The position numbers and the translations under genes are program-made. Under the pieces are notes generated by a model that was not told where the DNA came from, made no database searches, and was given only the letters and a program-made list of their open reading frames with translations. 64,000 nt of DNA, taken from the NCBI RefSeq assembly GCF_009914755.1, contig NC_060929.1; one strand, 5' to 3'. The stretch comes from the human T2T-CHM13v2.0 reference genome, Homo sapiens. Below are positions 26,831 to 48,289 of the stretch, in pieces; positions within the stretch are counted from its first letter, which is position 1; each line of letters begins with the position of its first letter.

Positions 26831-28284
26831 AGAGACTACCCTCAGGCATTCATCTAAACTTTGAATTTCTTCTAGAAACCTCCTCTCAAGTCACAGTCAA
26901 GTGATCCAGCAATTGCAAAATCACTCTCTTCTAATGTGTACCATTTCACTTGGTAGCTCTTTCTGTTGAATAAATGATACTCTATATAATAGACACTCAA
27001 ACATTCTAGTATTTTCTATGCAAATGTGTAGAAAAAAGTGTTTGGGGGTATGAAGTCAGGGTAGGTAGGCTGAAAGATGATTTTATTTATTTATATTTGT
27101 TTCTGTAGTGCTCATGTGATTTAAAATACAAAAATTAGACATATATGTTGGAAAAGTGCATCAAAACCTGAAAAATTAATTTACAAACATTTTATGCTAT
27201 GGTTGGAGTTATGAATGTAACTTGTCTGAAGATGCTTCCTGATCATTGTGCTTCATTTTCTTCTTATTTGTACTGTAAACATTGTACAGTTTTTATTTGA
27301 CAGATGAACATTAGCACTGAAGAAGCAAATTGAATAAAATATAGGCATTTAAGTTAATTTAAAATGTAAGTTTTATTTTATTTTTGGATGGGGTCTTGAC
27401 TGCATCCTGAAAACATAGCTGGTCTTTTTATTACCTTAGTGTAAGCTGTGTAGTCAAAAGAATAGTGGGAATGGTCACTGTGTGTGAGTATTGTTCCCGA
27501 GGTAAATTCTGTCCTAGGCAACTACTAGCCAAAGGATCTTTCAGAAATACTCTCCCAAACCACTGCCCACTGGATAGCAAACACAGTATCTATTTTAGAG
27601 GAAATTATTGCATTAGATTAAAATGGTTAAATTGTCTTAACATGCCACGATCTTATCTTTTAATGAAAACATTTTTTATTAACTTTTTTTAAAGGAGGAC
27701 AACTGCTCTTCAGATTTCTCCCATGAGAACTGGAGATTAAACTTTGATTTTCCTCCTTTTATCCTCCCCGACAGAAGCTGTATATTTTGAGGATAACCAC
27801 TTGGTTAAAAGCAAAATAGCCCTAAATAAACACACATACCTCAAAATGAATGAGCATTTCGGGTATAGTCTTAGATTTCACAGTGTCAAACTGACTGGGT
27901 TGAGAAAGCCACCAGAATTTCATAGCTCAAAGTTCAGGTTTTATACAGGATTTATATGTCCTGTAGAATATTTTGTTTGCTGCAGTTTGAAATGATAGTA
28001 TCTTCTTCTCTAGGAAACTAATGTTTAACAGATAAGTGCAACCAGATTGCTAACAGGAGCTGCAGGAAAAAATTTCACCATTTTGAATGGGGTTTGTGTT
28101 TACCAGTACACAAAATGTATGCCTGTATTATCCATTATGTGAAAATATCCATAATTGTTAGAAAGATAAAACCCATGTTTGCCAGGAAAAATCAATTTTT
28201 TCCATGTCTCTCTTTGTGCCCTGTGGTTTTACAATTTCGTTTTCATTTTTAATGGTGTTTTCTGTTTAAAAAAGCTTATTTGAA

Positions 28285-29015
28285 AAAATTAAACAAAAAT
28301 TGTATACATTTATTGTGTACAATGCAATATTTTAAAATATGCATATATTTGGAATGGCTAAATGTAGCTAATTTTCATATGCATATTTATGATTTTTGTG
28401 GTGAGGACACTTAAAATCTACTCTCTTAGAAATTTTCCAGAATACAATACTGTACATTGTTATTAACTGTAGTCACCATATTGCACAATAGAACTCTTGG
28501 ACTGACTACTCCTGTCCAGTTGAAATTTTGTATACTTTGACAAACATCTCTCCAACCTCCACCTCTCTCCCCACCAGTTCCTTGTAACCGCCATTCTACT
28601 TTCTGCTTCTGAGAGTTCAACTTCGTTAGATTCCACGTGTGATATTTGTCTTTCTGTGCCTGGCTTATTTCACTTAACATAATGTCCTCCAAGTTCACCC
28701 ATGTTTCACAGATTACAGAGTTTCTTTTTTAAGGCTGAATAGTATTCCATTGTGCATATATATCACATTTCCTTTATCCATCCCTCCATTGTTGGACATT
28801 TAGGCTGATTCCATCTTTTGGCTATTATGAATAATGCTGCAATGAACATGGGAGTGCAGATATCTCTTTGACACATGGATTTCATTTCCATTGGACATAT
28901 GCGGTATGCTCAGAGATGAGATTGGTGGATCATATGGTACTTCTTTTCAAATTTTTTTGAAGAATCTCCATATGGGTTTCCATAATGGATGTACCAGTTT
29001 ATATTCCCATGTGCA
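28285..29015 (-). mobile_element. L1MA-type 3' fragment
   Basis: GTGGTGAGGACACTTAAAATCTACTCTCTTAG...CTGGCTTATTTCACTTAACATAATGTCCTCC...GCTGCAATGAACATGGGAGTGCAGATATCTCTT. Confidence 0.88.
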
Positions 29016-29768
29016 TTGTTTTCTGACATTGATAAAGCTGTAGATCTATTCATTTCACAAACCTTTATTGTGTGCTTACTACACAAAAGCATAATGGGAG
29101 GTGCAGTTGATACAAATAAAAGGCACGGTCTTCCTCAGAAGCAGATATGATAACTATTTATTAAACAAAGATGGCAGAGGTGGGCAACTGACCACATGTG
29201 AGAAGAGTAACAAGGAGAGTGGAATCTAGGATGATGTATATTTTGGCTTGGGCTATTGAGCTGATGGGGAATATATATTTTTTGAAGTGGAATATACTGT
29301 CACCTTATTTCTAAGTAGGGTCAAGTTGGAAGCCAAATAAAACTTTCCAATATTGGTTCTTCTAGCACGTTAATAAAATGTACTTTGTGATTATGAGCAG
29401 CTGGTTTGAAGACTGATTCATTTCTACTCCTGTTACCTTGATAAATAAGAAATAAATTTCATGGACAAGAACTCATCATTTGAAATAGATGGTAACAGTT
29501 GATTACATGAGGTGATTTACAAGGAGGTCCAGCACATGCATGTAGTGTGCTAATCCTTGCCACGTCAGTTTTCTGTTAATTAATACAAATGTTGTTGTGT
29601 AGTTTTTGGTATTCTGACTCAAATTGAGAAAATGTATACACTTTTATATACATGTATTAATGTAAAACTTGGACCTGGAAAAGCAGAGGTTTCTAATAAA
29701 TTAGCCAACATTTTCTTTGAAGAATTCTTGGTACCCTGAAGTACTTTCTCTAATGATTGAATTGTTAT

Positions 29769-30563
<795 letters not shown>

Positions 30564-30675
30564 GGTTAATGCACTTTAGTGTCTTATCTTCCAATCCGTA
30601 GACTCTATTCTACCATAAAATAGGAAACATTCTAACTTTTCCAGCATTGAGAGGATGGAACTCTAAGTTGTAGAT

Positions 30676-31029
30676 TGACATGGTTTGGCTGTGTCCCCAC
30701 CGAAATCTCAACTTGAATTGTAGCTTCCAGAATTCCCAAGTGTTGTAGGAGGGACTTAGGGGGAGGTAAATGGATCATGGGGACTGGTCTTTCCTGTGCT
30801 ATTCTTGTGACAGTGAATACGTCTCACGAGATCTGACGGGTTTATGAGGGTTTTCTGCTTTTGTTTCTTCCTCATTTTTCTCTTGCTGCCACCATGTAAG
30901 ATGTGTTTTTCGCCTCCTGCCATGATTCTGAGGCCTCCCCAGCCATGTGGAACTGTTAGTCCAATTAAACCTCTTTTTCTTCCCAGTCTCGGGTATGTCT
31001 TCATCAACAGTGTGAAACAGACTGATACA
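30676..31029 (+). mobile_element. THE1A-like MaLR solo LTR
   Basis: TGACATGGTTTGGCTGTGTCCCCACC...ATTAAACCTCTTTTTCTTCCCAGTCTCGGGTATG...GACTGATACA; perfect TSD TAGAT. Confidence 0.93.
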
Positions 31030-31287
31030 TAGATGAAATAACAAAAAGTCAAAAACTACTACATCTGCTTGTCCTTGTGATTGCAAATGAATATGGTGCC
31101 TATAATACCTCACATTTATTACATATCACGATTTTTGAAACCTCTCACTGAGAAATATTGGAGTGTAAGTGTACATTTAAAGCAATGGCTTTTGTGAAAT
31201 GTGAATATTTACTACCACTCATAGTTCATTTATTTTCAGCGCATTTAACTTTTATCTAAGCACCATAAAGAAGTGTTTTGCTTTCTT

Positions 31288-31445
31288 ATTGTAATCAAGT
31301 TTATTGAGGTGTAATTTATGTGTAATAGATTGCATCCAGTGTACAGTTTGATGAATATTGACCATTTAACATGCCTGTAAGATCACCATCACCATCAAGA
31401 CACAAAACACTTCCATCACCCCCAAAGGCTTACTTGTACCCTTTG
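31288..31445 (-). mobile_element. L1MB/ME 3' end fragment
   Basis: TTTATTGAGGTGTAATTTA...GTGTACAGTTTGATGAAT...CACCATCAAGACACAAAACACTTCCATCACCCCCAAAG. Confidence 0.75.
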
Positions 31446-32704
31446 ACTAAATGGATTTCGATAATGTGTGTAAGCCCTTGATAACGAGCAATTTGGGAAT
31501 AATTTCTACTGAGGAGTTTTTGCTAGTTTCTTATTTTATTTACTTTTTTAATTATCATAAGCATTAATATTTTATTTTTTTTCCTTGGTTATTTGCTTTG
31601 ATTTCTGTTTTCCTTTTAAGGGTCCTCTTTTTGGTATTTCCTTCTCTTTCATATCTGTTGGAGCAGAAATACCAAATAATATTTTCATGAGCTTACATAA
31701 ATGAGATAAATAGAATAAATTTGAAAAAACATCAAGATTAAGTTGCCTCAAAGGAAAAAAAAGTCACACAAAAAGAAGGTGGGAATTAATGTACTTGAGT
31801 ATGGAAATTAATTAAGCAATAAAACTATGATGACATTTATTTTTGTAATTCAGTTATGAATCATGCTTAAATGTGTACTTTATTCACTTTAATTATAGTG
31901 TTTGATTTTAAAGTTTTTCTTTCTCTCAATTATTGATACATTTTCTAGGGAAGTCTTTCTCAAGTATTTGTTTTCATGTGACTTTTTATAATCATGGCTC
32001 TCAAAATCTAAGGATGGATTTTGGACAGCCCATTTCTCTCAGCAGTGTAAAATGAGTCACATGGGTCACATTTGTCTTGAGTCCCTTCAAAGACTGGAAT
32101 GTGAGTAGAAATCGCAGAGCAACTTTCCCACGGCACTAATTGCATGTGAAGGACAAGACACTTCCATATTGTAATACCAAATATAAAATAGTGCAAAAAA
32201 AATCATTGGTTAGAACTGTTCCATTTGTCATACACCTTCCAATTTATAAAACAGGAATTTCTCTCTCTTCTCCCACCCTGTTGGAGGATCAGCTTTATTT
32301 TTCAAAATTTGGATGGAAGTCAGTCTTCAGTCTGCTCTATCTGAAAAGAGAAAAATGCTTGCAACAGTTTGAAACACTATAAATTGGAATACTTGAAGTC
32401 GGTTATCTAGGATTTTTATATCACTCCTCTTCCAACCTCCCGCTTCTCACTGATGAGGGTTTATTTCTTACTTTGAGGGGAAGAATACACAGCAACTGTA
32501 AAAATGTAAAATAAAGTGAGTTCATCTGATTAGTCTGCAATCTCTCTCTTTTCGTTTGCATCTGGAAATTCTCAAGTAGACACATAGAAACTTGCAGCAA
32601 GCACGCTTTCTTCCTGTGTGTTTGTCTGCACCTTCCATGCCATTTTCCAGCCATGCTTGTCTTTTGTTAGGAATTAGATGGTCAGAATGAGAATAATTTA
32701 AAAC

Positions 32705-32970
32705 ATTTTTTAAAAACTTTATTTTTTAAGGACACTTTTAGGTTCATAGCAAAATTGACAGAAAAAAACAGAGATTTCCCGTATATCCCTCCTGTCCCCC
32801 TCACCTGGCCTCCTCCATTATCAACACCTCTGGCCAGAGTGGTACCCTTGTTACAATCCATGAGCCTATACTGACACATGATTATCACCCAAAGCCCAGA
32901 GTGTACTTTAGGGTTCCCTTGGAGTTGTATATCCTAGGGGTTTAGACAAATATGTAATGACATGTACACA
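32705..32970 (-). mobile_element. L1MC/MD 3' end fragment
   Basis: TTTTAGGTTCATAGCAAAATTGA...CCAGAGTGGTACCCTTGTTACAATCCATGAGCCTATACTGACACATGATTATCACCCAAAG. Confidence 0.8.
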
Positions 32971-33700
32971 GAAAAATAAAAATTTTAGGTCAACATCTCA
33001 CCTTTCCTGTTCAGTATTAAATATGAAGCAATTGTTGTGCCTTTTCCAAAAATAGTCTGCCACAAGGAGCAATAAGTAATCAGAATTTAAGAGGAAGGAA
33101 AACGGAAAATCAAGAGGCCTGCTTTACATGAACACACACACATTTTATAACTTCTATTATACTTTAGAATGTTATTCCACTGGATTCTGGATTTCTAGAT
33201 ATCACACGAAAGTTTAACTGTAATTAGGAAGTACTTAGCCCAGGGTGTGGCAGGGTAGTCTGGGCTCTGTTTAGAATTGGGTCAACTTGCGATGCATCAA
33301 ACACTCAGAGCGAGTATTTTTTTTGGGAATCATCCACCTGAACAGGGAAATTTTCTAATTTGCACTAAAGTGCAGTACCAGCTCTCAGAACATGATGAAT
33401 TGAAGACAATCACACTCCCCCTCCTTTGCAGCAAAAGCATTTTTTACACCGGAGATCTCTGTGGAATTGTGCCTAGTTGGTATTATCTATGCAGGTTATA
33501 AGTATGAGATGTTTTGATCCAAGAAAAAAAAAGCATTTTTTGCCTTTTTCTTGTTTTTGTTTGCTTGCTTATTTTTATTTGTTTGTTTTCACTACTGTAC
33601 CAGTCCAAGGAATCACTGGCCAAAAAGGAGGACAAAGTCATAATTGGGAAATAAAGGAGGCTGGTGGGAACTGGAAAGACCTGAATAAGTGGTTCATCAA

Positions 33701-33777
33701 ACTGAGAAAACTGAGAAAGCAAAGCTCAGGGAAAGCAAAGCTCACTACTGAGAAAGCAAGGTTCACTACTGAGAAAT
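33701..33777. repeat. Short imperfect tandem repeat (about 21-bp ACTGAGAAAGCAAAGCTCACT)
   Basis: ACTGAGAAA x4 and GAAAGCAA(A/G)G(C/T)TCA x3 visible. Confidence 0.75.
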
Positions 33778-35818
33778 TGTAGTAAGGGTGGGAATGGGGT
33801 TGAAAGAAATGCAACTCTATTGTAGACAACAGAAAGGCCAGTTCAGGCACTAACTCATAAAGGCAGTGCATCTGCCCTGGTTTTCCTTTCATGAACAGCT
33901 AAAATACTAGGTGGCATTGGACATGGCAAAAGCACATAATAGGATGAGGAGGTTGGTTTTGAAATTTGGACTAGGTCAAGATTTCTGGCTCATAGAAGTT
34001 AGTTGATCGTGGAGCAGTCAATGTGCACAATGGGTGTCAGCAGCTAAGGCAGGCAATGGGGAAGCCAGGCAACGGATCAGAAACCTGGAGGAGAGGTGTG
34101 GAGAACCCAGAGTCTAGACCTATAGTCTGGGAAGAAAAGATCAGTAAGCCTGGTCAAAGATTTCAGGAAGGAAAGATTTGGATATCAGCACAGGTGCTGA
34201 GTTGTGGCGTGTCAAGTACAAGAATGAAGCTTGATTCCAAGCTTAGTGCCACAGGATCTTCTCTTTTCTGTGTATGCACAGAACTGTGTGCAATTTCGAC
34301 AAGGCCTGAGCATGCGGTTTGCAGAAAGTAAGTTCTGCTTGATCTAAGTGTGGTGTTTGAACAAATGGAGAGAAGTAAATTTCTGATGCATAATTCAAAC
34401 GGGAATATATTTATAATTATAAAGGAAAACCAGAGGGGCATTGTCAAAGTGGATGGTTATGCTCAGGTAAGAAAAAGGCATAATCCTCCTCAAAGTATCA
34501 TTTCTTTACATAAAAGCCTAGAAATATTTTCTCATTCATTTATTCATTAGTTCATTTATACATTCATCAAATATTTATTAAATGTCTACTACATGTCGAT
34601 ATGTTTAACATCTTGCAAATTCACTTTAATTAATAACTTTCATTATTTGTCTGTTTCAGTTTTCAATAATGAAGTCCATCTCTCTAATAATGTTAGCAAT
34701 TAAAAATGGAGCCACTGTTGAGGCAAGTTCAAGCTCTGGGGAATTATGAAATTTACCAGAAAACATTGATGACAATGGAGAGAAACAGGATAAAATTATA
34801 AGAGCCTGAGGTGATGGTTTATAACTAAAATATTGATTTGAGAATGAATTAACTGAACCACTTAGCTACGATAAGAGTGAGGATGGACATCCATAATGGG
34901 AGTCATGATTGATTGTACGGTCATATAGAAGTTGGTCAAAGTCCCCAAACTGGATGAAGAAATCAATTTGGTGGCTTCCTTTACATTTATTATTTGAAAT
35001 AATTTTAGCAGGAAATAGTAGATTAAAAAATGTAATGGCATTTTTTTTCTGGGCTCTGGCTCAAGTGGTTTGCCAGAAATAAAGTCTAAAAGGCTCTCCT
35101 TACTGTTATATTTGTGACTTGCATGTATGAGCCAGTTATTGTATTCTCCTGAAAGAATGGCTGTTTTTATTTAGTTCTGATTTTACCACAATGTGTGTGT
35201 GTTAGTGTGCATGAAAACACAGCATAGGATGTGTTGGGGTTGCAAGGAATAAACCTAGAACTGAGGCATGCTCCTCTATAAGCAAAGACTGTTTTGAGTA
35301 GCAAATTATTTTAAACTACAAATTCTACCCAGGTGGTACTGTAGTATTTTTCTTGGCCAAACTAAACGTGAATTATTCATCAGATAAAAATTCTATTGAA
35401 AGGAGATAAGGTAGGGATTTGGAAAGAGAAGTGTTGCTTATTTTTGTTTTGTTCTGGTAAACGTGAGGGACTTTGGATAGCAAATGGGCAAGATAATGAT
35501 ATTGGCCATAGAAAGAACCATAAAGAAGAGGGAAGGGAAGTGGAAGGTTTCAGAAGGGAAGTGAGAGGATTCATGTTTGCCTTGGAACTGAAGTGCCACT
35601 ACACACCGACTCTTCTTCCCAAGTTAAATTATAAGGAGAATTTGTATTTATACATTTAGATGTCCTTCAATTTAATCCTTTATACCAGAACCATGTTAAT
35701 TCAGCCCAGTCTTTTTCTGATGGGTTACTCCCTATCTCCTCCTCCATTTGGTGGGAAGAGAAGAGGAACAGACAAGAGGAAAAACAAACTAAAAATAAAA
35801 GTACTATGAGAAATTTAT

Positions 35819-36116
35819 GGCTGGGCGTGGTGGCTCACACTTTAATCCCAGCATTTTGGGGGGCCAAGGTGGATGGAACGCTTGAGTCCAGGAGTTTGAG
35901 ATTAACATAGACAACATGGCAAAACCTCATCACTACAAAAAATACTAAACATTAGCCAGGTGTGGTGGTACACGCCTATCGTCCCACCTACTTGGGAGGG
36001 TGAGGTGGGAGGACCACTTTAGCGCAAGAAAGTTGAGGCTGCAGTGAGCTGTGGTCACACCACTGGACTCCAGCCTGGGTGACAAAGTGAGAACCTGTCT
36101 CAAAACAAACAAAAAA
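35819..36116 (+). mobile_element. AluJ element
   Basis: GCTTGAGTCCAGGAGTT and GAGGCTGCAGTGAGCTGTG (AluJ diagnostics). Confidence 0.93.
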
Positions 36117-36127
36117 AGAAAATTCAT

Positions 36128-36417
36128 GGCTGGGCTTGGTAGGTCATGCCTATAATCTTAGCACTTTGGGAGGCCAAGGTGGGTGGATCACCTGAGGTCA
36201 GGAGTTTGAAACCAGCCTGCCTAACATGATGAAACCCCGTTCTGCTAAAAATAGAAAAATTAGGCATGATGGCCTGTAGTCCCAGCTACTCAGGAGGATG
36301 AAGCAGGAGAATCGCTTGAACCTGGGAGGCATAGGCTGCAGTGAGCCAAGATTGCGCCACTGTACTTCAGCCTCAGCAACAGAGCGAGACTCTTCCTCAA
36401 AAAAAAAAAAAAAAAAA
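36128..36417 (+). mobile_element. AluS element in tandem with the preceding AluJ
   Basis: GGATCACCTGAGGTCAGGAG; flanked by AGAAA(A)TTCAT. Confidence 0.93.
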
Positions 36418-36839
36418 AGAAATTCATAAGAAATATTTATCTATATTTTCTTTGTTGTTAATGTCCTTAATTGTTCATGAATACATGGATCTTTTCCCGA
36501 TTTCTAGGACCCAGTGAATGCTAAAGCTATGCTGTCAAGAATGAACTCTGTTGACACAATGGATTCATGTTATATGCCCATTTAAGACATGCAAATTCTA
36601 CTATAGCTTGACAAGAAATAAGAATTTACATATAGAAAATGACTATGCCTTTCATGTCACCCAGTGAGCGTGTGCTCTGCTATGAGAATGAGATGGGTGA
36701 TGTAAAGCTGTAATCTCAGCCTCAGTTTCTGGCTGTTATTCATGGCATGAGCATCTGAGTGTGCTGAGATTCTGGTAGTATTATTTAACCAGCCAGCTAA
36801 TGGACTGGCCAACCAACTGACCTTTAAATACTGACCCTT

Positions 36840-43867
<7,028 letters not shown>

Positions 43868-43990
43868 TATTTCTGTATTTTTAGTAGAGACGGGTTTTGC
43901 CGTGTTGGCTAGGCAGGTCTGGAACTCCTGGCCTCAAATGATCTGCCCACCTCGGCCTCCCATACGGGTGTGAGGCACTGCACCCAACCA
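43868..43990 (-). mobile_element. Alu linker plus left arm (other half of the split Alu)
   Basis: TGTATTTTTAGTAGAGACGGG...CTCAAATGATCTGCCCACCTCGGCCTCCC...GTGTGAGGCACTGCACCCAACC. Confidence 0.9.
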
Positions 43991-43999
43991 CTCTTTTAT

Positions 44000-45720
44000 T
44001 CTTTTCTGCAGATTAGGCTTTTCATCTGTTGTCATTTCCTTCAGCCTGAGGAACTTGCTTTAACATTTCTGGTAGTGAGGTTTTGCTTACAATATATTCT
44101 CTAAGCCATTGTCTGAAAATGGCTTTAATTCACCTTCGTTTTTGAAAAATGAACAGTTAACATTTTTCATTTAGCATTTTAAAGATATCATTTCATTATC
44201 TTCTTTCTTTTTTTCATGAGAAGTCAGCCATCATATTTATTGCTGTCACCCTGAATATAATGCATAATTTTTTTCTTTAATTGTTTTTAATATATTTTAT
44301 TTTAATCATTAGTTTTCACCAGTTTGGCCAAAAAATTCCTGGATGGGTTTATCTTTGTGTTTGCCCTGCTTGCAGTTTGCAAATTTTTTGGATCTGTTGA
44401 TGTATTTTTATCAGTTTTAGAATAGGTTTTAGCTATTATCTCTTCAAGTATTTCCTCTGTTTCATTCTAATCTCTTTCTGGGACCTGAATTACACATATG
44501 TTAGATGATAAAATATTGCCCCAGAGGTCTTGTATGCTCTGTTCGTGTGTGTGAATTTATTCTTTTTTTTCTATATTTCTGTTTTTAAGTTAATTTGCTT
44601 ATTCTTTCTTCTGTAGGTCTGGCCTGCAATTAAACTGATTTAACAAACTTTTTATGTATGGTGATGTATTTTCAGTTTCGTAATGTTTATGATTTGGTTG
44701 GTTTTTTTCTTTTAGGTTTCTACATCTGCGCTGAGATTCCACATCTGTTCATCTATTTTGTCCACCTTTTCCCCCAAATTTTTAATCAGAATTCTATTAA
44801 CTGTTTTAAAGCCTTTGCTAATTTCAACATCAAAGTCAACATGTCAATATCACCAGTCTGAGGATCTGCTCCTATTTACTATTTTTTTTTTCTGTTAGTT
44901 GTGGGTCATATTTCCATGTGTTTTTGTATGCCTAGTAATTTTTGATTGGATGATAAACATTTAAGACAATAAACCTTTTGTTATCTTTTTATAGAGTGTT
45001 AAATTTTGCTTTGGAAGGTGACTAAGTTACTAGCATATTCCCTTGATCTTTTGGAGGCTTGGTTTTAGAGTTTTTGAATGGGCATCTGTTATAGTTTTTC
45101 CCTTAGTTCTGTGCCATAGACTTTAGTCATGATATGTGTTTCTTATTCCTAATGTGTGGTCCTTGTAGAGTCTTAATGAGCAGCAACGGTATTTATCAAG
45201 CTCCTCTAACCTCGCCAGATTTGAGCTGTAGGCTGGAGAGTCACTAGGTAGCTGCTGAGGTAGTTTCTCAGTTCTTTATCCTTTCAGGTGCTGCTTTCTT
45301 CTGGATTGCTTAGATTCTCACCACGAAAATAGACAGTTTAGGTAAAAGCCAAGGATTCGAGGAGAGTTTGTTTGCAGATTTGGCAGTCTCCCTTTTTTCT
45401 GAATATTTTTCTTCCAATTTCATGTTCTGCTAGAATCTCTGAACTTCAGTCTTCCTGTCCTTTTCCCAATAGGATTACATTTCTTGGTTGATTTTCATTT
45501 TCTCTTTGTACTGCAGGGAGCCTGAACGTGTTATCAGGGGAAAAGCCAACTAATTACGGAGCTCACCTACTGTGCTCCTTCAGTTTCTGCCTGCTTTGGA
45601 TTGTATACCAGTGCCTTCAAACAGTTTAAAAAAAATTTGTCTGCAGTTTATATTCTTATTATAGGAGATTTAGTCTGATATGAGCTATTCTACCACAAAT
45701 GGAAACAGAATTTTTGCATA
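44000..45720 (-). mobile_element. Old L1M fragments
   Basis: TCTGAAAATGGCTTTAATTCACCTTCGTTTTTGAAAAAT, GAGAAGTCAGCC, CTATTATCTCTTCAAGTATT, AATTACACATATGTTAGA: decayed antisense L1. Confidence 0.7.
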
Positions 45721-45870
45721 AACTGATATCTAACATTAGTTGCCTGCCAGTCCTTTGTCATGTGCTGTGGGAGAGATTTATGTACCTTAACAATGATCCA
45801 CATAACAACACTACAAGATAAGTATCATCATTGTCATCATCATCATCAATCATCACCATCGTATTACTGA

Positions 45871-46562
<692 letters not shown>

Positions 46563-46600
46563 AATGTTGTATATATTTTATATAAAGCTTGTAATTATGC

Positions 46601-46782
46601 CAGTGATTATCAGACTTGGCTGCAGATTGAAATTTCTTGGGGAGTTTTAAAACTACTGATGGTTTGATACCAACTCTACAGACTTTTAAAAAAAAATAAC
46701 CAGTTGTAACTATGATTTGGCTATTGAGATTTTAAAAGTTCCTCAGATGTTTCAAATGTGCAGCTGAGACTGAGAACCATGG
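46601..46782. mobile_element. MER5-like hAT-Charlie fossil
   Basis: CAGTGATTATCAGACTTGGCTGCAGATTGAAAT...AATGTGCAGCTGAGACTGAGAACCATGG. Confidence 0.75.
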
Positions 46783-48256
46783 TGCTATGCCGTGGTTCCC
46801 ATGATACCAACTAAATCCTGTAACCAGGTCTGTTGATGCTAATTTAATTTTTTTCTTTCTAAATAATTACAGAATAAAAAGATGTTTTATATAGTTACTA
46901 TTCTGATATCATGATTAACAATGAAAGTAAGACTTTTTGAATATCTCAAATTAGTTTTTTTAAAAAGCCAATCCATTGGTAAGGATTCTGGTTGCCGTTA
47001 TCTATATATGAGTGATAATGCTTATGAATGTAATGAGTGTTTCTATTTATCGTGTAATAAGAGCTTTATACTTGTTCACTTGTTTTGTGAATAAGAATAG
47101 GAAATAAAATTTACAAGAGCTATTGTATTACTTTTTTATCTTTTTTACTTAATATGAAGAAAATAAATAGCTAATAATGAGAATAAAAGCCAGCCTAGCA
47201 TGCGAGTCACTTGCCGATGCCTAATGACCGGTTGCTGATAGCGGCTGCTTCACGTTGATAGTGCAGTAAGGTGATGTGGGTGATTGTGGGTGATGAAAAG
47301 TTTCTACAGAGAGTCTGGGGGCCTCAGTTTCGGTTTGAGATATTAGCCTGGTTTTCTAGTGTGACCTGAAACTGCCTCAACTTCTCTATACCTTCTCTAT
47401 ACCGAGGTATAGAGACAGTTCCAAGACAGCAGTTGGAATTGAGGCCCTTCTGGCTCCAACGTTTTGTAATTATCAAATTATTTCCTCCTTGAAATACTCT
47501 TTCTCTGAAGACAGTAGAACAGTCAAAAGTAAAAGTATACTATTTGAATATGTTTTTAACTGCACCTATTTCGGTGAATAAATCCTGTAATAAACTGATG
47601 ATTTGGAAGTAGAGTGGATGCTGCTAAAAGCTCAGTTCATCTGAGAAAATTCCAGATAGGGGAAGCTTGATGTAGGCAGAGAAAATGAAGAACTGTGGTA
47701 AAATTTAATGAATAGCTGATGAAGCCCATCTGACCCTCTGTGTCAGGAGGTAACCAAATGTGTCTTTGTTGAGAAGTCCTGTGACACAGAGCTGTGCTTC
47801 CACCTGGCAGGAGATGCTGGTATTGGTGGCTGCCTGCATTCAAGCCCCTCTTTCCAGAATGGTAACATTGTGATTTGCTTTAGTCAGGGTTCCTATTCTT
47901 GCTGGGGGAGGTATGGCTCTGATAGAAAGGTAATAAACCCACCAGGAAGGGCTGATTTGCGTTGGCTGGCTGCAGCATTGAATTGGGAACAATAGATGGG
48001 ATAATAACGCAGTGGTTGGAGGCGGTTTGGCTTTGACCTGGGTATCATTCATAGGTTGAACACAAAGCTGTTTTTACTCGTAGTTAAACATTTGGCAATT
48101 GCTGATCAGTAACAATGTACTAGATGTCCTACTGCAGTAGCATGGTTCAGTGGGCATAACATTGACTGAACTAGAATGTAAAAATATTTGTACTTAAATG
48201 TGTCTGTTTTGCTATTGATTGCTCTTGTGAATTTGGAACCATCCTTTGCCGTCTTG

Positions 48257-48258
<2 letters not shown>

Positions 48259-48287
<29 letters not shown>
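48259..48287. repeat. (TG)n microsatellite
   Basis: About 14 TG units. Confidence 0.97.
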
Positions 48288-48289
<2 letters not shown>

